Origin: Malacoraja senta
Lineage: Eukaryota
Assembly (NCBI GenBank): GCA_038087875.1
Contig: CM075988.1
Location: 15,936,001 to 15,996,000 of the forward strand
Direction of reading: 5' to 3'
DNA length: 60,000 bases
The notes below the pieces were generated by a model, which worked only from the letters and a program-made list of their open reading frames with translations, had not been told where the DNA came from and made no database searches. Both the position numbers and the translations under genes were made by a program. Shown piece by piece: positions 52,671 through 60,000 of this stretch (the first letter of the stretch is position 1; each line of letters begins with the position of its first letter).

Positions 52671-53384
52671 GTGCCAGCAATAGTTATTGCTATTGGTACA
52701 GAAACACTCTCGCTTCCCACATAATTTATCCATAACAAAATATCCAGGTTGCAAGGAAATTTCTAAAGGCATTTTATGATAATAGCTGTTAAAACCGACT
52801 ATACCCATCTGACAGGTTAAACATTACACTAACTGACAAGAGATGGCCAAAAGACATAACTGCAGCAAATGTTTTTTTGGTAATATGTTTAAAGGTATCA
52901 AAACGCCACATTACCGGATATTCAGATTAGATGTACGTGTTGTGAACAGCAATGAAGATACCCAGTTTGTACGCACCAGATTTAAAAAAAAATATTGATA
53001 AACGCTGTTTCCATCATTCCCACTTCAGAATTAATGTTAAAATTTCAACTGAAATATCTCCTGACCAAATTTGTGATGTATATGACCAACTGTAGAAGTA
53101 AAACCTGGATAAATCCAACATATAGTTGTGAATGTTTCTCATTAAATAACTACAGTACTGATACTCCATATTAAGAGCATTGATTTGCCGTTGAAATGAA
53201 TTCTGTAATAACGTGTCAATGGGACCAGTGACAATCGAACACTGCGGTTTTAATGTTTCACGTGTTCACAATTTAATTAATCCATCTTTATGGACTAAAA
53301 CAAATAATGAATGGATGGATTGAGGCAGGTGAATTAGTACGTGTTGGTTGGAGTATGTAAAATTGTGAGGGGAGAGCAGGGGGA

Positions 53385-53760
53385 TGTCAGTGGTGTTGAA
53401 TGGGGGGATCAGTACGGGATGGATGGGCGGGATCAGTACAGGATGAATGGGGGTAGACAAAAATGCTGGAGAAACTCAGCGGGTGAGGCAGCATCAATAG
53501 AGCGAAGGAAATAGGCAACGTTTCGGGTCGAGACCCTTCTTCAGACTGTTCCCCCCCATTCTTGAATGGGGGGATCAGTACAGGATGGATGGGGGGGCGG
53601 AATCAGCGCAGGATGAATGGGCGGGATCAGTACAGGATGAATGGGGGGGGGGGGTCAGTAAAGTGTGGATCGGAGGGTCTGTGCAGGATGAATGGTGAAT
53701 CACTACAGGATGAATGAGGGGATCATCGCAGGATGAATGGGGGGAATCAGCGGGATGGAG
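53385..53760. repeat. Degenerate minisatellite, unit ~gggatcagtacaggatgaatggg (21-24 bp), interrupted by a hammerhead element
   Basis: Roughly ten imperfect tandem units are visible on both sides of 53454-53548. Confidence 0.75.
53454..53548 (-). mobile_element. Penelope-derived short element with intact hammerhead core, inside the hAT-like element
   Basis: Reverse complement reads cagtCTGAAGAagggtctcgacccGAAAcgttgcc..gatgctgcctcacccgctgagtttctccagcatttttgtctac. Confidence 0.8.
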
Positions 53761-56700
53761 AGGGGGGGTCTCAGGATAAGGGAGGGGGTGGAGGGGGCGT
53801 ACAAGAGAGAGAGAGAGAGATAGAGGGGAGGTGGGGAGGAAGGAAGGTCAGTGCTTCTCGGACAACATCGCCCCGCTGCCTTGGCCGTCCCTGTCCACTG
53901 CCAAGTGCCGCCGCCAAAGGGGGAGGCGGTTGGGATCTCCTCGCCACCGCCTCCCCTCCTCCGCCAGCCAACACCAAGGTGCAGGGCTGAGCAGTGCAGC
54001 TCAGATCCTATAGCTATAGGATCTTTGGTGCAGCTGCTTCAGACGGCGGAAGGAGGCCTCCCCCACCCTCCCTCCTCCTGGCCTCGGCGTGCGAGATGGT
54101 TGGTTTTGAAAGCGCCGTTGGCAGAGTGGCAGGCAGCGGCCGCTCTCAGGGCGAGCGGGGTGCGGGAGGAGGAGGAGATAGAGCCGCTGCCGCTGTGCGG
54201 GGCCCGTCATTCGCTCCGACCCTTCGTCACCACGCACCTAGTATCTTTGCCCCGCAATACAGCTGCCGCCGACACGAAATGTCACGTTCCTTTTCTCCAG
54301 AGATGCTGCCTGACCCGCTGAGTTACTCCAATTTTTTGTGTCTACGGTATAAACCAGTATCTGCAGTGCCAAGCCGGGCAAAATGACTCGGCGTTTAGGT
54401 TGCCCGGCGGCACTTTGGGTTGTCATTGGCACCCGGGCAACCGTAAATTTCGAGCCCTGGTATGGACACATCCTATCTGCTCAAGTTCAAACAAATGCCT
54501 CAACACTAATTGGCCAGCGGTTCATTCTACAGCAAGACAATGATCCCAAACATACTACTAAAGCAACGAAGGATTTTTTTCAAAGCTAAAAATGGTTAAT
54601 CCTGAGTGGCCAAGTCAATTACCCAATCTGAACCCAATTGAGCATGCCTTTTATATGCTGAAGAGAAAACTGAAGGGGACTAGTCCCCAAAACAAGCATA
54701 AGCTAAAGATGGTTGCAATACAGGCCTGGCAGAGCATCACCAGAGAAGACACCCAGCAACTGGTGATGTCCATGAATCGCAGACTTCAAGCAGTCAGTGC
54801 ATGCAAAGGATATGCAACAAAATACTAAACATGACTACTTTCATTTACATGACATTGATGACATTGTCGTGTCCCAAATATTATGGTGCCCTGAAATGGG
54901 GGTGTATGTATAAACACTGCTGTCATTTCTACATGGTGAAACCAAAATGTATTAAAATGGCCTTTATTAAAATCTGACAATGTGCACTTTAACCACATGT
55001 GAATTTTTTTCTATTACAAGTCTCAAATTGTGGAGTACAGAGGCAAATAAATAAATGATGGGTCTTTGTCCCAAACATTATGGAGGGCACTGTGTATGCC
55101 TGGTCATACTTCAATGCTATTTATGGACCGCTCTGCATGCTTTGAGATAACCTGGGCTGTACTCCCTGCAATGGCTGCTTGCTCTTGGTACCTAATGGTG
55201 CATGCTGTTCTGTACCAGAAGAACTAACATATAGAGCCGCAGGTAGAATGGGTAGACAGTTACCTCTTCTTCATTGCAAACACTAAATATCTCCACTGAC
55301 CATCTAAGAGGCTGGACGAGCAAAGTGTCATGTCTTAGCTGATTATTTTCAACAGCCTGAGTATTTTAGTCACAGCCATCGAGAAAGGTGCTGGTAAAGA
55401 CTGCGTCACGCTTGCTGCACTAATTCCTGATTTGGGAGCATCTGCTGAGGCATTGGTCACTGCCTGATCTTCTTCACCATGGAAAGAATTCTTGAGCCCT
55501 TTTCATTTTAAATTGAAGTTGCATTTGGGAAGTAAGAAAATATGCTCAAGAGGCAGGAAGGGCAAAAGGAGATGAGGTGAGAGGATTTAAAGAGGGTGAT
55601 ACGATGGCTTGCAGGGGGAGTTTATAAGTTGTAGAAGCAGAATTAGGCCCTTCGGCCCCTCAAGTCTACACCGCCATTCAATCATGGCTGATCTATCTTT
55701 CCATCTCAACCCCATTCTCCTGCCTTCTCCCCATAAACCCTTGACACCCTTACTAATCAAATGAGGGATGATGATGCAGGAGAGGGGTAGGAACACAGAA
55801 CTAACTGTGGTGATTGAGGTGGTCTAGTCCAGCAGTGTTACCAAATCAATTGCACTCAGCAGTAACCGTCAGTCATCATACTTCAGTAATCTCTTAACCA
55901 CCGTGTGCCACAACGTAATTCTCCAGTTGTGTTACTCCTCTTACACTTGCTTTTACTTACTTTCTGTGGAGTGTTGGATTTTCTTTTGTATTTGTTGTAC
56001 TATATTGTTTTGTAACGTTGGAAGTTCTTGTTGGTCTTATGTTAATGGATGTTCTTGGTTCTTCCTGATTGTGGCATTGAACCAAACAGATTCTAGTCAC
56101 CTGCACACCATTCTGGTAAAGGTATAGTGGCTTTTGTATATCAATTTGAGCACGCTGTGTCTCGGTTTAATGTATCATACAAATGGCCACATCACTGACC
56201 ATGTAGCACACTCTCAACACTACAATGGGGTATAAGCTGAAATTATAGACTCGAGCATCCGGAATGGAATTTGAACTTGCAACCTTTTTAATTTAGAAAA
56301 GAATGTTACCCACTGAACCACGGCTGACACTCACATTTCCATGGTGAAGTGAACACTGAGACAAAGTGAAGAGTAGTGAAATTCTGAGAAAGTCTACTGG
56401 GAAGCCATTGATGAGCCATTATTTTCAAGCCATCAGGTTATTCATTTGTTATTCCTTTTTCCACCATTGACAAGATTCTATCCTGAACATTTCTATAGTG
56501 TGGACAGCAGGAAATATACTTGACGCAAGTATAAAACATTCTTGCAGCCTGTGACCAGGCACGCTGTATAAGCACCCTGCGAGACCGAATTCCAGGAATC
56601 TTTCCTTCTCCCTAATCAGCCCAATGTGGAATGGAATTTTACTGTCATTTGCCAATCAGAACATATTCCCTACGATGTAATGGAAACAATGGACAGTGGT

Positions 56701-56872
56701 GAGGCTTTAGTCCCTTTCTCTGACCTTGGCTCAAGTACGGCCAATGACGTAACACTCTTTGCTGAGCAATTATCCTTCTTTCACTACCAGGCAACATTGG
56801 CTTCCGGGGAACCTAGGGCATGAATCCAGGTTAATCAGATTCCTATAACTAGGTCATGGCTAGGAGAAGATT

Positions 56873-57490
56873 AATGCTGAGGCTCTAAGGTGCTGGTCAG
56901 GCCACATTTGGAATACAGTGATCAAATTTGGCCCCCATTTCTGAGGAAGAATGTGCTGGCTCTGGAGAGGGTCCAGCGGAGGTTTACAAGTATGGATCCA
57001 GGAATGAGTGGGTTAGCATATGATGAGCATTTGACAGCACTGGGCCTGTACCCGCTGGAGTTTGGAAGGTTGAGGGGGGACCTCATTGAAACCTACAGAA
57101 TAATGAAAGCCATAGATAGACTGGATGTGGAAAGGGTGTTTCCACTGGCGGGAGAGTCTAGGACCAGAGGTCATAGCCTCAGAATTAAAGGGTGCTCTTT
57201 TAGAAAGGAGGTGAGGAGGAACTTCTTTAGAGGGTAGTTAAACTGTGGAACTCATTGCCACAGAGGGCTGTGGAGGCCAAGTCAGTGGATATTTTTAAGG
57301 CAGAGATAGACAAATTCTTGATTAGAACAGGAATAAGCCTCCTGAGAGAAATAAAGTTCTATCTTATTGTATCGTGTCAAGGGTGGGGAGAAGGCAGAAA
57401 ATGGGATTAGGAGACAGAGATCAGCCATGATTGAATGGCAGAGTAGATTCGATTGGCCGAATGGCCTAATTTAACTGCCATAACTTGTGT
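56873..57490 (+). mobile_element. CR1 LINE 3' fragment
   Basis: LVRPHLEY..LERVQRRFT..LRGDLIETYRIM..SRTRGHSLRIKG. Confidence 0.88.
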
Positions 57491-57794
57491 ACTTGTGAAG
57501 ACAGATGCAAGGGGGCATTGATGATATGGGGGGGGGGGGGGGGATATAGTTAATGCAGCAGGACGACAAATGTCCGGAGGAGGGAATTGTATTAATTACT
57601 TCAGAAATCATAACTGGAGCAGCTGCATATAAAAGATTATGGAGGATTCTGTTAGCATCGCAAATTGTTCAGCAACCCCAATTCTCTGAATAAACAGCAT
57701 TGGGCTTTGACAGTTATTTTAAGTTTCAGGTCAGTAGATGTGACCCAACAGTTAATTATCTCTGAACATTATTTTTATTCAATCATGCTCTTTT

Positions 57795-57925
57795 TAGTTT
57801 AGAGATGCAGCGCGAAAACAGGTCCCTTCGGCCCACCGAGTCCACACCGACCAGCAATTCCTGCACCTTAACACTATCTTACCCACATTATGGACAATTT
57901 ACATTTATACAAAACCAATTAACCT
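57795..57925 (-). mobile_element. V-SINE 3' part
   Basis: tttagtttagagatgcagcgcgaaaacagg..ggcccaccgagtcc. Confidence 0.7.
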
Positions 57926-59554
57926 TAAATATTTTGCATCCATCTGACGTCCTCTCCGTTTAAAGTTGGAAAAGTAATTTCTCAGTATCGCAACAGTGAC
58001 TTGGATTCTGTTGTCAAACCACTGCAGTTTCAACTCGTATTCTTCCAATTTAGAAGCAAGCATGTTGTCCAGTGAGCCAATGTTAACATCCTAACGTAGC
58101 AAGGGAAGGATTTGCAATCGGGTTAGTGCATCCCAGGTTAAAGGATGTGAAAATGCCAGTTTCTATTTGTTTCTTGATCTCCATCCCTGTGAAAGTTGCC
58201 ATGAAAGAGCCTATGCTCAGCTGCTGTGAGATCCTAAACAACTGAATAGCAGGGTAACATCTACATCTAATCTTGAACATGAAGTATTTATTGCGTGGCC
58301 TATATTGGAAAGGGATCAAGGTGTGTCTCTGCCAGAGTCAGTAGCTTCAGGTAAAGAGAAAGGGGGGGGGGGGAGAGTGTTAAACAACTGATTAATGCAG
58401 CCATTGAAAGTGCTTCCAAGTTTCTATACTCTGGGAGATTGTGTCTGTGTTCTGTGGTACAAGTCTGCAGTGTGTGTGGCATTGTTTGTTTACAGTACGG
58501 TTGTCCATACAAAGCTTAACCACAGGTCAATGCTATATATAATGGAGCTGACCCAGCACAGTCAGTACTATGAGCTAGGTAGTGAAGGTACTGTACCCAT
58601 AGTCTCTGCACAAAGGACTGAACAAGTTACATGAAGCATGGCTCTTAATCTTCAGTGGTGCCAGTAGCTTTCTCCCTTGTCATGTAATGTTCCCTGGGTC
58701 ATATGAGATCCTTATTTCCAAAGTCAAACCCTGTGATTATCCCACTGTTTTAAATTGTTCTAATTATATTCCTTGTACAAAATATGTTTAGTTTGGTCTA
58801 GGCTGCCACCCAACCTCCCCTTCCCCACCAGGCTTAAACAGTATGTTTAACAGCTGTTCGGATTCTCCTGTAGATTAGGTACTAGACATTGTAGACTATT
58901 CATTCAAATTGTGATTACCAATCCAACTTTCAATGTTCATAAATATTCTATCTTTTAATTTCAAATCTTACTCTTACAACGGTCTGAAACTGGAGTGAGT
59001 TATATTGTGGGAGAGTGACTGTATTTGAATGACTGGAGCTGAGTGCAATGCTACCTTCTAATTCCAATCCATTGGTGGGATTGAGATACCTGGGGAAGGA
59101 AGAAAATATGTCCAATGTTTTAAAAAAAATCAAAACTATCCAAGTTGTGGATACATTTGAGAAGCTGCATTTTTTCAGCTCCGAGAAGATGATGAGAAAA
59201 TTTAACAGGTGTCCAAAACCATAGATTTGATTAAATAAATAAGGATAAACTGTTTCCTTTGATAAGAGGATCAGGAATCAAAATGCAGACTGTCAATGCT
59301 GAGGGAAAAAGCTCTTAGGGCTAAAGGAATCAAGGGATATGGGAAAAAGCATCAACAGGGTACTGATTTTAGATGATCAGCCATGATCAGCTGGCTTGAA
59401 GGGCCGAATGGCCTACCCTTGCTCCTATTTTTCTACATTTCTATGGAATAAGATTTTTTTTCTGGAGCAAGTTGTGACCTGGATTGTTGTGCTCGAAGTA
59501 GAATTAGATCCAATAATAACTTATTAAAGAGAATTGAATACATTCCAAAAATAA

Positions 59555-59818
59555 GAGCCAGAGACCCAAGTTTAATCCTGACTACGGGTGCTGTCTGTAA
59601 TGAGTTTGAATATTCTCCCTGTGACTGCGTGGGTTTTCTCCGGCTGTTCCGGTTTCTTCTCGCCTTCCAAAGATGTTTGAAGGTTAATTGGCTTCTATTA
59701 AAAAAACTGCCCCTAATGTGTAGAATAGAACTAGTGTACGGGTGATTGCTGATCATCATGGACTCAGTGGGCCGAAGGGCCTGTTTCCACGCTGTATCTC
59801 TAAACTAAAAAAACTAAA
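59555..59818 (+). mobile_element. V-SINE (HE1-like), 5'-truncated
   Basis: V domain plus gggcctgtttccacgctgtatctctaaactaaa tail. Confidence 0.8.
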
Positions 59819-60000
59819 TGTCTGGGCCAGTCAATTAGGTTGGGGACTGATTATATATCTCTTTTGAAGGAATTAGCGCAGGCACTGTGGGACATTAGCC
59901 ACTTCCTGTGCTCACTCGCAAAACTGCTTTCTATTATCTGTGTAGGACGCCATCAACCTGCAGGCACCAGGCTTACTGGATGCAGCTAGAACCTGTGCCA

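Larger units (their letters stand above)
51014..54459. mobile_element. Non-autonomous hAT-like DNA transposon inserted in the Tc1 transposase
   Basis: Termini CAGGGCTC...GAGCCCTG. Degenerate ~8-bp TSD gtataatac / gtatggac. Repeated GGTTGCC/GGCAACC subterminal motifs at both ends. The Tc1 reading frame resumes right after it. Confidence 0.8.
50346..54828 (+). pseudogene. Disrupted Tc1 transposase (two pieces, ~50346-51013 and ~54468-54828)
   Basis: WTDETKI, KHSGGGVMAWACM, MNSEVY|HILSAQV, FILQQDNDPKH, WPSQLPNLNPIEH, SMNRRLQAV..CKGYATKY*. Several frameshifts. Confidence 0.9.
49988..55092 (+). mobile_element. Tc1-family DNA transposon with IR/DR-type ~220-bp TIRs, split by nested insertions
   Basis: TIRs c(c/a)gtgccctcca.aatgtttgggacaaagacccatc... 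at 49988-~50209 and ~54869-55092, with inner direct repeat aatgtttgggaca. Flanked by TA on the left and TG on the right. About 1.65 kb after removing the insert. Confidence 0.93.

Noticed and set aside
53385..53760. Repeat array superficially like a CRISPR
   Set aside because: Tandem degenerate units without unique spacers, in vertebrate DNA with no cas genes; it is a minisatellite.
53733..54471. Several overlapping 60-156-aa ORFs
   Set aside because: These are by-products of GC-rich, stop-poor sequence inside the hAT-like element, with no recognisable domain.
57528..57543. Poly-G run (and poly-C runs at ~6053, ~28669 and ~46003)
   Set aside because: Simple homopolymers with no supporting context; their lengths may be assembly-dependent.
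40068..60000. USP2 short-isoform first exon and catalytic-domain exons (GLxNLGNTCFMN)
   Set aside because: Not recognised in the sequence or the ORF track. They probably lie beyond the window, though a short exon could have been missed.

Overview
This is eukaryotic, vertebrate DNA. The repeat complement (HE1-like V-SINEs, CR1 3' ends, Rex1/Babar, L2, Penelope, DeuSINE-like) points to a cartilaginous fish, probably a skate or ray; the organism is inferred. Only one host coding exon is recognisable: the large first coding exon of USP2 (long USP2a-type N-terminus; + strand; acceptor AG 39326-39327, ATG 39369, GT donor 40068). The rest is upstream or intronic DNA dense in transposons. Highlight 1: a 5'-truncated Penelope-like element (GIY-YIG, perfect 15-bp TSD) whose 3' end carries a minimal type I hammerhead ribozyme motif. 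More than a dozen short non-coding derivatives of that 3' end are scattered across the window, many as fold-back hairpins, and several have ~15-bp TSDs. Together they look like a hammerhead-bearing non-autonomous retroelement family. Highlight 2: a three-tier nest in which a Tc1 IR/DR transposon is split by a non-autonomous hAT-like element, which itself contains an L2 LINE, hammerhead elements and a minisatellite. Highlight 3: a Harbinger-like MITE and an unclassified 1.6-kb element with imperfect inverted ends. Boundaries of degenerate repeats are approximate, and all family assignments are from recalled motifs, not database searches.
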